A stretch of DNA of 64,000 bases, from the NCBI RefSeq assembly GCF_006345805.1, contig NC_043011.1, forward strand, positions 14,210,464 to 14,274,463. Reading direction: 5' to 3'. Position numbers and translations under genes: made by a program. The DNA is from Octopus sinensis. Its lineage: Eukaryota. Within the stretch, counting starts at the first letter, position 1. The number at the start of each line of letters is the position of its first letter. Below, one piece after another: positions 12,366-25,312 of this stretch. The notes beneath the pieces are model-generated. The model was not told the DNA's origin. It did not search any database and saw only the letters and a list, made by a program, of their open reading frames with translations.

Positions 12366-13133
12366 AGAAAAAGTATGTACACAGATAAAAGAATTTGCAT
12401 CTGTTTATGAGACGAATATATGTGTGAGTAGAGTGCATGAGGAAAAGAACATCTGTAATAGTAGGTGTATTTGAGAGAGTATACATTTCCATTATTTTTT
12501 TTATTTTATTCATTATTATTTTTTTAAAATTTTACATGAGAAGGGAAGGGCCCACAACATATTTTGGTGCCTTCATAACTAGTATGAGGAAGGAAGTTAC
12601 CCCCCAAACAGAGGACTGGCTTAAACGCTTCCAGCAGGGTGGATACCACTAAAGCCCAGATAAGCCAACCCCTTCAGGTTTGAGAGGCAGAGAGAGTCTG
12701 TTGTCTGTACTAATGTATTGTTTGGGGTTTCTTTTTCATTCTTGAGTGTGAGTATATGCCTATGTGTAATGGAGTACATGCATTCAGAGGGCAAAGTACA
12801 TACTTGTATATGTGTACGAGCAAGAAGGGTAGAAGATATGTTTGTCTGTGTATTGGGGGTAGAGAGCCACTCAGCTATTGGTGTAACTGTGCATGTGTAT
12901 ATAGAAACATATTTGTAAGTATAGATATAACTGCACCTGTGTATGTAGCTATGTATACACACCTAGGGATAGAAATGAGTGTCATCCTAAAAGCAGAGGA
13001 GATGATTTGCAGGAGCAATAGCTTACAAAATATAAACAGTACCTGTTTACATATATTTCAAAATTTAATTCTAACATACAGGCAATGTATGAAAACTGAT
13101 AAATATGTATTAAAGGAACCTTCAGGATGAGAG

Positions 13134-13167
<34 letters not shown>

Positions 13168-13177
13168 TAATTATTAT

Positions 13178-13443
13178 TGCCTCGCCTGGCCCCCGTGCCG
13201 GTGGCACATAAAAAGCACCATCCGATCATGGCCGTTGCCAGCCTCGCCTGGCCCCTGTGCCGGTGGCACATAAAAAGCACCCACTACACTCACGGAGTGG
13301 TTGGCGTTAGGAAGGGCATCCAGCCGTAGAAACATTGCCAGATCAGACTGGGCCTGATGCAGCCTTCTGGCTTCCCAGACCCCAGTTGAACCGTCCAACC
13401 CATGCTAGCATGGAAAGCAGACGCTAAATGATGATGATGATGA
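13178..13443 (+). mobile_element. Family D copy inside an (AAT)n tract
   Basis: Two GTGCCGGTGGCAC modules plus conserved end and (GAT)n tail. Confidence 0.8.
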
Positions 13444-13589
13444 TAATAATAATAATAATCCTTTCAACTGTCAGCACAAGTACAGGACATCACCAACAAG
13501 TGAAAAATATGTAAACACATAATAAGAGACAAACATAATAATGGGACAAAATAGCAAAAGAAGTTTAACCCGTCCTCAGTTGTCGAGCT

Positions 13590-14143
13590 ATGAGGTGCAG
13601 GCATGGCTGTGTGGTAAGAAGCTTGCTTACGAACCACATGGTTCTGGGCTCAGTCCCACTGTGTGACACATTGGGCAAGTGTCTTCTACTGTAGCCACAG
13701 GCCAACTAAAGCCTTGTGAGTGGATCTGGTAGATGGAAACTGAAAGAAGCTTGCCGTGTGTGTGTATGTGTTTGTGTCTTTGTGTTTGAGTCTGCCTCCG
13801 CCCCCCCCCCCGCAACCACTTGACAACCAATGTTGATGTATTTAAGTCCCTGTAATTTAAGGGTTTGACAAAAGTGACTTCTAGAATAACAAAACAAATG
13901 AGTACTGGGGTTGATTCATTCAACTAAAAAAAATATTCTAAGCAGTTCCCCAGCATGATCACAATCTGAAACTAAATATATATTTTTAGTGGTGTGGCTG
14001 TGTGGTAAGTAGCTTGCTAACCAGCCACATAGGTTCAGTCCCACTGCGTGGCATCTTGGGCAAGTGTCTTCTGCTATAGCCCCGGGCCGACCAATGCCTT
14101 GTGAGTGGATTTGGTAGATGGAAACTGAAAGAAGCCTGTCGTA

Positions 14144-14190
<47 letters not shown>

Positions 14191-14403
14191 TTGTGTGTCT
14201 GTGTTTGTCCCCCTAGCATTGCTTGACAACCGATGCTGGTATGCTTATGTCCCCGTCACTTAGCGGTTTGGCAAAAGTGACCGATAGAATAAGTACTGGG
14301 CTTACAAAGAATAAGTCCTGGGGTTGATTTGCTCGACTAAAGGCGGTGCTCCAGCATGGCCACAGTCAAATGACTGAAACATGTAAAAGAGTGAGTAAAA
14401 GAG

Positions 14404-14405
<2 letters not shown>
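13590..14405 (+). mobile_element. Two adjacent SINE family A copies
   Basis: 13590-13985 (diverged) and 13988-14405. Confidence 0.8.
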
Positions 14406-14475
<70 letters not shown>

Positions 14476-14841
14476 TTTAAAATGGCATATAATTACACCC
14501 AAACTGAAGAGACACTTGAGAACAAAAATGGGTTTCTGAGAGTAAATGGATCATAAAATATCTTGATGTCTGATGATACATCTATGGTGGTAATAACAAA
14601 GAGTGTTGTGAGAGAATTTTATGGCTTGTATCAAACTCTGGTATTAAACATCAAGATCACAAGAAGACTTAATTTGTTTGCAAAATAGTTAGAATACTTT
14701 ACAATGTGAGCCTAAATTACCAAAATTAAGAATGAAATTAACTTACAGAAATGAACTGCTTTGCAGGATAAAAATAAACCTAGCAATCATTATGAAAATA
14801 TTTTTTCTGTACAAAGCATTTTAGCAGAGAGCTCAATAAAT

Positions 14842-14980
14842 CATCATCATCATCATCGTTTAACGTCTGCTTTCCATGCTAGCATGGGTTGGACGATTTT
14901 GACTGAGGGCTGGCGAACCAGATGGCTGCACCAGGCTCCAATCTTGATCTGGCAGTGTTTCCACAGCTGGATGCCCTTCA
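14842..14980 (-). mobile_element. Family D, truncated
   Basis: (CAT)n CGTTTAACGTCTGCTTTCCATGCTAGC..GGATGCCCTTC. Confidence 0.75.
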
Positions 14981-15454
14981 TTGAAAATAAATCAAATTGA
15001 GAGTAATGATAGAATATTTAAAAGTAGAAACTAAACAAGGCATACAAAAATAAAATCAAGTTGTGTGTGTGCGCGCGCATGCACACACAAGGCTTCCACA
15101 TAGTTTCTTTCTGTCAAATTCCATCCATATTGGTCAACCTTGAGGCTATAGAAGAACTTGCCCATAGTGCTATGTAGTGGGATCAAACCCAGAACAACAT
15201 CATTGCAAAACAAACTTCTTAACCAGACATCCATGCTTGCATCCAACACAACCATTATTTCACTCTCTCCCACCACTTACATGGCTGTACTAGGGGCTGT
15301 TTTTTGGGGGGTTTAACCTCCGACATCTAAAACAAAGGGATCCAAAAAAAATTTTTTTTAGAAAAAATGCCTTTTTCAAGGAGAGGTGTGAAACTGCATT
15401 AGCACCGGACTATTTTAACCAAGGTGTCCTTTCTGTATTTATTTAACTTTTTAA

Positions 15455-15661
15455 CCTTCAGATTATTGTCAAATGTAATGCTTAATTATTCACATTGTTT
15501 TTAATTAATCATGCATTATTTCATAGCTTTGAGATTTCGATGTGATTGTATATTTTAAGAATGACATTTTAGGGTAGGTTTGAGAGACCAGATCTGACCA
15601 GTTTGAACATAAAGCAAGTAGAATATTCTGGACAGATATGGCCAGTTTAAATGCTTAAAGG
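15455..15661. mobile_element. piggyBac-like MITE
   Basis: TTAA|CCTT..AAAGG|TTAA. Confidence 0.65.
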
Positions 15662-15751
15662 TTAAGAGAGTAAGGTTGAGGGAAGTTTTTGGCTGCTATT
15701 ACTAGCAGGTGGAGCAAATTGCTAAGAAGCTCTTTTACAAAGATGAACAGT

Positions 15752-15935
15752 GGCGTAGGAGTGGCTGTGTGGTAAGTAGCTTGCTTATGGACCACATGGT
15801 TCAGGGTTCAGTCCCACTATGTGGCACCTTGAGCAAGTGTCTTCTACTATAGCCTCAGGCAGAACAAAGCCTTGTGAGTGGATTTGGTAGACGGAAACTG
15901 AAAGATGCCCGTCATATATATATGTGTATATATAA

Positions 15936-15967
<32 letters not shown>

Positions 15968-16168
15968 TTGTCTGTGTTTCCCCCCCACCAATCGCTTGAC
16001 AACCGATGCTGGTGTGTTTACGTCCCCATAACTTAGTGGTTCGGCAAAAAATGAAATAAGTACTAGGCTTACAAAGAATAAGTCCTGGGGTCGATTTGAT
16101 CGACTAAAGGTGGTGCTCCAGCATGGCCACAGTCACATGACTGAAACAAGTAAAAGAGTAAAAGAGTG
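15752..16168 (+). mobile_element. SINE family A
   Basis: Full-length copy with GAGTAAAA tail. Confidence 0.85.
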
Positions 16169-16296
16169 TAAAAAAATACGTAAATGACAAATCAGTTCTT
16201 TCCAGGATGGGTGGGGAGAGGGGCACAAAAGAAACATTCCCTCAGGCTGAAAGAATTACTGGGTAACCACTGGAGATTTTCCTCTTTCTGGAGTGC

Positions 16297-16574
16297 CAGT
16301 GGTTCACAAGCATTTTTTTCCTAAGGACCTCTTTGATTTCTATTTTACTATGGGGCCCTCATAGTCATTCATAGCTATTCAATGTTTAAAAAAATCCTAT
16401 TACATTTTTTAATTAAATATTATTAGGAAATATATAAAAAATAAATTGTTAAAATAGTTTGTGTATTATAGAAGTATAACCAATTTACTGCATGTAATTT
16501 TTAACAAGGAAATCTCATATGGACATACCCCCCCCCTCGCCAAAGGTCACGTGGTCTCCAGTTGAGAATCACTG
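16297..16574. mobile_element. hAT-like MITE
   Basis: CAGTGGTTCACAA..TTGAGAATCACTG; near 8 bp TSD CTGGAGTG/CTGCAGTG (offset by one base). Confidence 0.55.
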
Positions 16575-17049
16575 CTGCAGTGTTTCACAAATAAAACAGG
16601 CCTGTTATAGCCTATTGTTATCAAGGCCAGTATATCCTGCTTTAAATCACAGATGCTGTTGCTGTCTGGTTCCAAGTAGGCTCTGATCAAAGGGATTTTA
16701 GTCATGACCATCCCATTTTTCCTCAGACATAATATACATCATCCAATGTCATTTCCGTTTCTTTTCTTTTTTTTCTACTGTTTGGAGTGATTTGATATGT
16801 GACAGCTATTCAAGCAAGATGAGTCACCACATAGAAGATTCCTTGTTGGCTTGTCACAGATATAACAGAACAATTAAGTAAAAGTGGTTCTTACAAAATA
16901 AAGCCTGCATCATTGACTTAGTCGACCTCTTTACAAAAAATCCTAACCAATAAACTCGGTATATTACTAATATTTATTTTAGTGATTCTGTAAGAATAAA
17001 GTGCAAAAAGTGAATTAGTGTGATTTTAATTTAGATCAGCAAAAGGTTG

Positions 17050-17455
17050 AACTAGGTATGGTAACACCGCCAATCTCCGACTTTGCCTGTCTCTATGGCC
17101 CCTTCCATCTGTCCTTCTGCAACGGCGCTTGCGGTGGTTTGGCCATGCATGTAGGTGTCCGGTGGGTGAACTGAGCCGTGATGTCCTTCTCCCAATTCCA
17201 CTTCCCAACTGGCAGAAATGCGTGGGTGGGCAGCTGAAGACCTGGGCTACGACGATCAAGGAGGACCTCTCCGTGCTCACGGGTCCGCAGGTGGTCGGCC
17301 TGCGCCAATGGAACCATGACTGGCTCGCTATCTCCAGTGAACTGGCGCAGGACCGTCGTGCGTGGGCTGCCATGGTTCGAGATGCCTCGAGGGTGGTAGA
17401 AGAAGCCGACTCAACCCGCCCAGGGTGAATGTCGCCACAAGTGCAAGTACAAGAT
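17050..17455 (+). mobile_element. 5'-truncated RTE-clade LINE (ORF2 C-terminus + tail)
   Basis: QRRLRWFGHACR..GGQLKTWATTIKEDL..LAQDRRAWAAMVRD..STRPG*, then CAAGTG/CAAGTA tail. Confidence 0.9.
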
Positions 17456-17871
17456 AACATATCTACACTAGCTCTCTATCTTCTGCAATCTCATTGTAAT
17501 AACGACAGAAATGATAGTCTTTTCTTTTATTTCCACAAGGGTATCAAACAAGGAAGGCATTACAAGGACAGATTACAAAACATGTGATGTTTACAAAGAA
17601 ACTTGTTGATAAAAAAAATTAATAGTATTCATTGTACACAAATATGTTGACTCCAAGAGTTAGTAAATAGAGAAAGATGAGAGAAGTCATCCCTGACAGT
17701 TGAAGCATGTGATTCAAAATAATTCTGATAGCCATTTAGTCTGACCATCAAGCAGATGCCAGTGTGCCTCAAAGAAATGGGTCTCTGAAAACAGGATCAA
17801 AACTGATTGTAGTGAGAATCAAAACTGACTGCAACAATGGTTGACCTATTCAAAACCGTTTGATTAATTCC

Positions 17872-18268
17872 AGCTCTCTTTACTCTTTTACTTGTTTCAG
17901 TCATTTGACTGTGGCCATGCTGGAGCACCGCCTTCAGTTGAGCAAAAAGACCCCAGGACTTCTTTGTAAGCCTAGTACTTATTCTATCAGTTTCTTTTGC
18001 CGAACCGCTAAGTTATGGCGACGTAAACACACCAGCATCGGTTGTCAAGTGATATTGGGAGGGAAAATGCAGACACACAAACATATACACACATATACAT
18101 ATATACAATGGGCTTCTTTCAGTTTCTGTTTACCAAATCCACTCACAAGGCTTTGGTCGACCCAAGGCTATAGTAGAAGACACTTGCCCAAGGTGCCACG
18201 CAGTGGGACTGAACCTGGAACCATGTGGCTGGTAAACAAGCTACTTACCACACAGCCACTCCTACGCT
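17872..18268 (-). mobile_element. SINE family A
   Basis: Full-length copy. Confidence 0.85.
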
Positions 18269-18534
18269 GATCATAACTCTACAAAAGCTAAGTTTGTATC
18301 ACACCCCCTAAATCAACATGCAGCAGAATATTGAGCCTAAACCCATCATCGGGGTCCTTTTGAACTACCAATCTTCAGGCCACAAAACTGAGAATTCTCC
18401 CACTCGTCCGCTTTTCTACTACCACCAACAAACATGTGCCAGGACATCTAAGATTTCCAACACAGACACAAGACCACACAGAGGGAAGTGAGGAAACACA
18501 CGAAGACCAGTAATGGATATCAATTTAAGACAGC

Positions 18535-18750
18535 TATAGGCACAGACATGGCTGTGTCGTAAGAAGCTTGCTTCACAACCACACAGTTCCAGGTTCAATC
18601 CCACAGGCCAATCAAAGCTTCTTTCAGTTTTTGTCTACCGCAAGTCTTTGGTCAGCCTGAAGACACTTGCCCAAGGTGTCACACAGTGGGATTGAACCCA
18701 GAACCATGTGGTTGGGAAACAAGCTTCTTACCACACTGCCAGCCACACCT
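18535..18750. mobile_element. Two SINE A head fragments in inverted orientation
   Basis: + strand head at 18535-18606, - strand fragment at 18615-18750. Confidence 0.6.
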
Positions 18751-19129
18751 TGTGTCATTTGTACTTATTTCATTGACCAAAGGAAGATGGATGCAAATTG
18801 AATTCCACAGAGATTTGAATTCTTCAATTCTCAATGTACTCAAATATGCCAGGATTCGGCCATCCACTGCCACTTGTCATGATGATACTGATTTCTTTAA
18901 CTAAGACACAAAGGTTGGAGGTAGGATGCGGTCAGTTAAACTGACCTTACTACAAGAGTGTTGTAGTTCGCTTGAAATACTGTGGTACAAAAGTGGAAAA
19001 AGAAAAGAGAAATAAAGAAAGCTTCCAGCAATGCAGAAAGTTGGTGGAGCAAAAAGAAATAAATGTGCCTGAAATATAAAAGATTTTTACCTAATGGTCA
19101 TGAATTAAAATCCTTAACTTAAAGTGGCC

Positions 19130-19250
19130 ATAGGTGCACAGAAAGTGATGTAACTGCTTCCAACTTCTTGCATCGTCAGCCAACCTCATCTGCTCCATCT
19201 TCGTGTCCATTCCTTAATGTTACTCAACCTTCAGAGTTTTCTTTCATTCT
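19130..19250 (-). mobile_element. Decayed RTE-like ORF2 end
   Basis: SNIKEWT..KMEQMRLADDARSWKQ (frameshifted). Confidence 0.4.
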
Positions 19251-19396
19251 ATTTTCACCTAGATAGTGGGGGAGGGGGACTGTCCTGTACAAGTACTATG
19301 TTACTAGTACTTCTTTTATCAATGCCAGAGAAATAAAAGTCAAATTAAAATCCTGTGTGATTTCAACTAGACAAAATTAAATAGTTATTCGTTTAA

Positions 19397-19615
19397 CCCT
19401 TTCGTTACTGTATTTATTTTGAGATGCTCTGTATTTCTTTCAATTATTTTAAATATAACAAAGAATTTAGTAAAATAACTTCGTTATCATTAAGCTAATG
19501 TTAGGAACATAAATTGTGACTACGGTTTGGTGGGAGATTTTAATTCAAAACTTATGAAAACAAGACATTTGTACTAGAGCCAGAGCCGGTTTTGGCCAGG
19601 TTGGTAAAGAAAGGG
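19397..19615. mobile_element. piggyBac-like MITE
   Basis: TTAA|CCCTTTCGTTAC..GTAAAGAAAGGG|TTAA. Confidence 0.85.
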
Positions 19616-19884
19616 TTAAGTAGATGCTCTTCTTAAGATCCACACCAGTGGAACTTGAATGCAGTTCATAAACAGATGTAACTAAATATCAAATCACAAG
19701 ATGTTTTTTTCTGTTGCTCCATCAACTCTGCCTCTTCACCACACTTCCATAATAATAATCCTTTCTACTACTATAGGCAAAAGGCAAGAAATTTTGGGGG
19801 AAGGGCATCCAATTGTAGAAACCAAACCGAATCAGACTGGAACCTGGAGCAGCTCTCTGACTTACAAGCTCTGGTCAATGGACC

Positions 19885-20583
19885 CCAATACTCAACTGGC
19901 ACTTATTTTATTGACCCTGAAAGGATGAAAGGCAAAGTCGACCTTGGAAAATTTTGAACTCAGAACATGCAGACAGACAAAATGTTAATAATAATATGAT
20001 TTCAAAGTTTGTCACAAGGACAGCAATTTTGGTGGGAAGGGATGAATCAATTACATCAATCCTAGTGTTCAACTGGTACTTATTTTATTGAGCCCAAAAG
20101 GATAAAAGGTGAAGTGGACCTCAGCGGAATTTGAACTCAGAACATAATGACAGGAGAAATATCACTAAGCATTTCACCCAACATACTAACAATTCTGCCA
20201 GCTCACCGCCTTAATAATAATAATAATTAATTCGTTTATTGGCCACAAGGGCTGACAAAAATCAATTAAAACATAAAGGGACAAAACACAGGATGAATGT
20301 TACAAAGGGTTTTGTCCATTTGCAAAAAACTGTGTAAAAATTCCAGAGAAAACAACGAAAATATAACAATTGAAATTCCCAATAGGGGGAGGCGCTTCGA
20401 AAGGTTACTCATGGAAAAACCCATAAAAGCCACGGGAGCCTAGTCAAAATTGGGGTAAAGAGCCCCTTTCTCCTTTTATAATACCTTTTTATACTACAGG
20501 TGTATCCTCAGAATTGGTCGATTTATATTGGCCATTCTTGCGACATTTACCCACCTTTCAGTAAACTTGCTATCAGACAGCAC

Positions 20584-20616
<33 letters not shown>

Positions 20617-21305
20617 GTTTCAAATTTTGGCACAAGACCAGCAATTTTTGAGTGGGGAGGGGCAAGGGTAGGTCAACTGTATCGACTCCTGTGCTCAACT
20701 CGTACTTATTTCATTGACCCCAAAAGGATGAAAGGCAAAGTGAAGCCTGGCACCAGTTGAACCCAGAATGTAAAGACAGATAAAATGCCTCCAAGCATTT
20801 TTCTCAGTCTGCTAACAATTCTGCCAGTTCACTGCCCTAATAATAATAATATTAATGATTTCAAATTTTGCCACAAGAGCAGCAGTTTTGGGGGAGGGAA
20901 TAAGTCGATTACATCGACCCCAGTGTTTCATTAGTATTTAATTCATCGACCACAAAAAGATGAAAAGCAAAGTCAACCATGGCAGAATTTGAACACAGAA
21001 CGTAGTGACGGGTGAAATACCACTAAGCATTTCGTCCTGCATGCCAACAATTCTGCCAGCTCGCTGTCTTAATAATAATAATAATAATAATCTTTTCTAC
21101 TCTAGGCAAAAGGCCTGAAATTTTGGGGGAGGGGGCCGGTCAAGTAGATCAACCTCAGTATGCACTGGTACTTAATTTATTGACCCCAAAAGGATGAAAG
21201 GCAAAGTCAACCTCGGCGGAATTTGAACTCAGAACATAAAGACAAACGTTAAGACAAATAAGCATTTCGCCCAGTGTGCTAATGTTTCTGCTAGCTCACC
21301 GCCTT
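19885..21305 (-). mobile_element. Co-oriented pile-up of ~5 SINE B copies separated by (AAT)n
   Basis: Copies at ~19885-19985, 20000-20215, 20610-20840, 20855-21070 and 21085-21305. Confidence 0.8.
20228..20585 (-). mobile_element. L1/Tx1-type LINE 3' end (ORF2 end + 3' UTR)
   Basis: VLSDSKFTERWVNVARMANINRPILRIHL*, then T-rich UTR ending CCCTTGTGGCCAATAAACGAATT. Confidence 0.6.
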
Positions 21306-21320
21306 TTTAATAATAATAAT

Positions 21321-21678
21321 AAAACAAGAGCACTCAGAGAGCGCAAACCTCTGTCAAATCAACACCAACGTCCTCTCAACGATTAACTAAAGATGATTTT
21401 TAAAATGAGAATATCTGAAATAAACTCAACTGCTCTCACAAACAAGAATACTAAATATAAACTGACCGCCCTCAAAATTTAAGTAAAATAAAGGAAAAAA
21501 TAATCCAGAATCCTTGTCCAGTACCGAATCAATCCCAAAATCTAATCAGTCCATACCGGTCATGAGGTCAAGCATCCCTGAAAGTTTCATCAGCGGTTCT
21601 TGAGATATCTTGTCCACAGACAAACTAACAAACATGACTGGAAACAAAACCTCCGCCTTCACTAAGGCGGAGGTAGTA
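21321..21678. mobile_element. Helentron/HINE-like non-autonomous element
   Basis: Starts AAACAAGAGC; terminal palindrome ACCTCCGCCTT-CACT-AAGGCGGAGGT (21649-21674); related AAACCTCTGTC near the left end. Confidence 0.6.
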
Positions 21679-21778
21679 AAGGTTTCAAATTTTGCCACAA
21701 GGGTAGCAATTTTTGAGGACAGGATGAATCAATTTCGTCGACCCCAGTTTTCCAGCCTTGTCTGGACCTATCTGTGTG

Positions 21779-21824
<46 letters not shown>

Positions 21825-21825
21825 A

Positions 21826-22266
21826 ACACAACGCCCGGTCTGGGAATAGAAACCACGATCCTACAACCGCGAGTCCGCTGCCCTAACCACTGGGCCATTG
21901 TGCCTCCATATATATATATATATGTGTGTGAGTGTGTGTGCGATGGGCTTCTTTCAGTTTCTGTCCACCAAATCTATATACAAGGCTATAGCAGAAGACA
22001 CTTGCCCATGAGGCCATGCAATGGAACTGAACATGGAACCATGTGGTTGAGAAGTAAACTTACCATACAACAACGCCTGCATATACATATATAAATCATG
22101 AATGCGGTCATGCTGGAGCATCGCATTGAGGGCAGTCAAAGAATCGATCCCAGGACTTATTCTTTGTAAGCCTAGTACTTATTCTAACGGTCTCTTTTTC
22201 CGAACCGCTAAGTTAGGGCACATAAACGCAGCAGCATCGGTTATCAAGCAATGGCAGGATACACAC

Positions 22267-22316
<50 letters not shown>

Positions 22317-22468
22317 TACGGGCTTCTTTTAGTTTCCATCTACTAAATCCACTCACAAAGTTTGGTCGGCCAGAGCTACAGAAGACACTAGCCCAAGGTG
22401 TCACGCAGTGGGACTGAACCCGGAACCATGCCTTTGGGAAACAGGCTTCTTACCACACAGCCACTATA
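21826..22468 (-). mobile_element. SINE C head plus two SINE A copies
   Basis: C head 21826-21905; A fragments at 21940-22082 and 22100-22468. Confidence 0.75.
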
Positions 22469-22479
22469 TATACACACAC

Positions 22480-22685
22480 ATTTCGCCGGGCGAAATGCGT
22501 AGCCGTATTTCGTCTGCCGTTACGTTCTGAGTTCAAATTCCACTGAGGTCGACTTTGCTTTTCATCCTTTGGGGGTCGATAAATAAAGTACCAGTTTCGC
22601 ACTGGGGTCGATGTAATCGAATTAATCCGTTTGTCTGTCCTCGTTTGACTCCTCTGTGTTTAGCCCAATGTGGGCAGTAAAGAAA
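22480..22685 (+). mobile_element. SINE family B, CpG-intact
   Basis: GCCGGGCGAAATGCGTAGCCGTATTTCGTC..GGCAGTAAAGAAAT. Confidence 0.85.
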
Positions 22686-22836
22686 TATATATATACACAC
22701 ACACACCATGCGTTTGGGTTTTCCCACACACACATCTCCGTATACAAGCTTTCCCAACACCTCATATACTTTCCTTTCTTTATTATTAATAAACTTGTTA
22801 TAATGTATATCGACCCTTGTATCCATTTACGCTGAC

Positions 22837-22975
22837 CTGCACAGACCTATATTATGAATAGATTTTTTTTTTTTCTAATGAATAACTGTCCCTATCCATC
22901 CCGCGAGATCTAGTTTGTGCTTCCACCTCTACCCACAAAGCCAGACGGGTCTGATACCTCTTGAACCAATCAAAT
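22837..22975 (-). promoter_or_regulatory. Candidate promoter and non-coding first exon of a leftward gene
   Basis: TCCCGCGAGA (9/10 to the TCTCGCGAGA promoter element) at 22899, AACCAATCA at ~22965, minus-strand donor CAG|GTCAGC at 22837; sits at a CpG-rich/CpG-poor boundary. Confidence 0.35.
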
Positions 22976-23287
22976 CGACCCCCGTTTTAATATCCTCGGA
23001 GAAATAAAAATTATGGTGTAACGACTTTTTGTTTACGTTTTTACAGCAAGGCTAAACTCCTATAAAACATGATACGCATCTCTTATATTTCACATTATTC
23101 AACAATACTGTGTGATGCAGTAATGATGACTAAATTAATCTGTTGGTATGTTTCGCAAGTGTGAAGATAGGGGTGTGACGGTGTGGGTGGGATTCGTTTG
23201 TGCAGACGAACAACTGTGATTGTTGCTTTGCATTAAAATTAGTAAAGGGACCAGTCGTGGCCATCACGTTCAGTTTCTTTTTCTTTT

Positions 23288-23699
23288 GGATCTTTTCGGT
23301 TTGAACGGCAGTTTTTTAAAATAATTTCCACGTAACTAACACTTTTAAACTTCGTATACTGGTAGAATGTGTTTATAAAACATCTTTTTCTCTTGGCTTT
23401 ATTGAGAAAATTCTATGGTTTGTAAGATATTTGTTGGTTTTTTTTCAATTTCTGCAATTTCAACCAATCAATGACGTCTATTGAGGTGAAAACATCCTGT
23501 GCCGTATGAATATGTCCCCCGTTTAAGAAATAGATTGGGTTTGTTTACATTTGTGAAGAAAAAAAGATACCCTTCCACCCACCCCTAACCCTAACCCTAA
23601 AACAGATTGAAATGCAATAGATCGATTCTAGGGTCATAATTATGGGTGACAATTTCATGACACCGCTAGAAAAAACTGCCGTTCAAACCGAAAAGATCC
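23288..23699 (-). mobile_element. MITE copy 3
   Basis: 30 bp TIRs; TSD ambiguous in T-rich flank. Confidence 0.9.
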
Positions 23700-23711
23700 C
23701 TTTTTTTTCTT

Positions 23712-24065
23712 ATAGACGCAAGGCGTGGTTGTGTGGTAAGAAGTTTACTTCCAAACCACATGGTATCGGGTTCAGTCCCACCGCGCGGCACCTTGGGCAA
23801 GTGTCTTCTGTTGTAGCCCCGGGCCGACAAAAAGCCTTGTGAGCGGATTAGGTAGACGGAAACCGAAAGAAACCTATCATATGTATGTGCGTCCCCTATA
23901 GCGGCTTGACAACCGATGCAGGTTCGTAACTTAGCAGTTCGACAAAGATACCCCCGCCAGAATAAGCACCAGTTTCTTAAAAAAAAGTACTGGGGTCGAA
24001 TTGTTCGACTAATTCCTTCAAGCCGTGCCCCAGCATGGGCGCAGTCTAATGACCGAAAGAAGTAA
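23712..24065 (+). mobile_element. SINE family A variant
   Basis: Family head and tail present; short internal tract. Confidence 0.75.
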
Positions 24066-24829
24066 AAGGTGGGGGGAAAGACACTGTGTACCGAGAGCAA
24101 CAATAACCCGATGCGTTCTTCCCTTTTTATAAGCAAGATTTGATTTCGTGTTTTAAGAATGCTTTAGCTGTTATTTCTAGCAAGTCGAACGGCCACATAG
24201 AGAAGGATCTTCATTGCTTTGGATGGTGAATATATATAAATGTACTGATGGCGAGAAAGAGGAGTAGGGAGAAAAGGTTGTAGGGTTTAAGGGGGTACCC
24301 GGTCAAGCTAAGGACCTTGTTCTCAAAACCCCTTGTATGGGAGCGGGGGACAGGGGAGTAACCTGCCAGTCAGTAGCAGCAGCAAGTTGCTGTGGGCTGA
24401 CAGCTGTAAAAGAAGGGAAAGAGTGAGATTTAAAAAACAAAATTTCTAGAGCGCGGGCACCTTTAAGAACTACAAACAACGAATTGGATGGAAAGCAGTC
24501 AAGCTTTAGCTTTTGCAACTGCCTGTCAGCCAGCAATGGTAATCAGCCAGCCAGCTGTATGGATGGATGAAGTGTTGACAACGGAATATATATATATATA
24601 CACTCACTCATACATGGACACGGACACATTCACGCAGGCTGTGTATGTAGTGTTTAGACTGGACATTCACCGTAACGCTCGGACGACATATCACAACACA
24701 AACACAAACTCAGAGATAGCTACTAACTATATACACTCGTATGCAAACATCTCTCTATCATTCTGTTTTTGTTATTTACACAGATTTATATTCGTAAGCA
24801 AAGGAAAATAACACTAAATACACAAACAC

Positions 24830-25312
24830 CATATACGTGTATATAAATGCATATATATATATATACACCACACACAATATATATACATATACATGTATAT
24901 AAATACATATATATATATACACACACAATATATATACATATACATGTATATAAATACATATATACACACACACACAATATATATACATATGCATGTATAT
25001 AAATACATATATACACACACAATATATATATATATACATATATACACACAATATATACATATACATGTATATAAATACATCTATATATACACACACAATA
25101 TATATACATGTATATAAATACATATATATACACACACACAATATATATATACATATACATGTATATAAATACATATATATACACACACACAATATATATA
25201 TACATATATATGTATTATACACACACATAATATATATACATATACATGTATATAAATACATATATATATACACACACACAATATACATATGTATATACAT
25301 ACAAATATATAT
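24830..25312. repeat. ~44 bp compound micro/minisatellite
   Basis: About ten units of ACACACAATATATATACATATACATGTATATAAATACATATAT. Confidence 0.85.

Noticed and set aside
8796-14779. Micro-exons 14747-14779 (VYFYPAKQFIS) and 8796-8841 (QHHLRKLFVRGLANR, RRM-like)
   Set aside because: They have GTAAGT donors but are too short to distinguish from chance, and no continuing frame was found.
18780-18904. HRDLNSSILNV..RP resembling the TnpB/Fanzor RuvC motif
   Set aside because: The DNA is a decayed SINE B (GTACTTATTTCATTGACC..GATTTGAA); there is no zinc finger or other RuvC motif.
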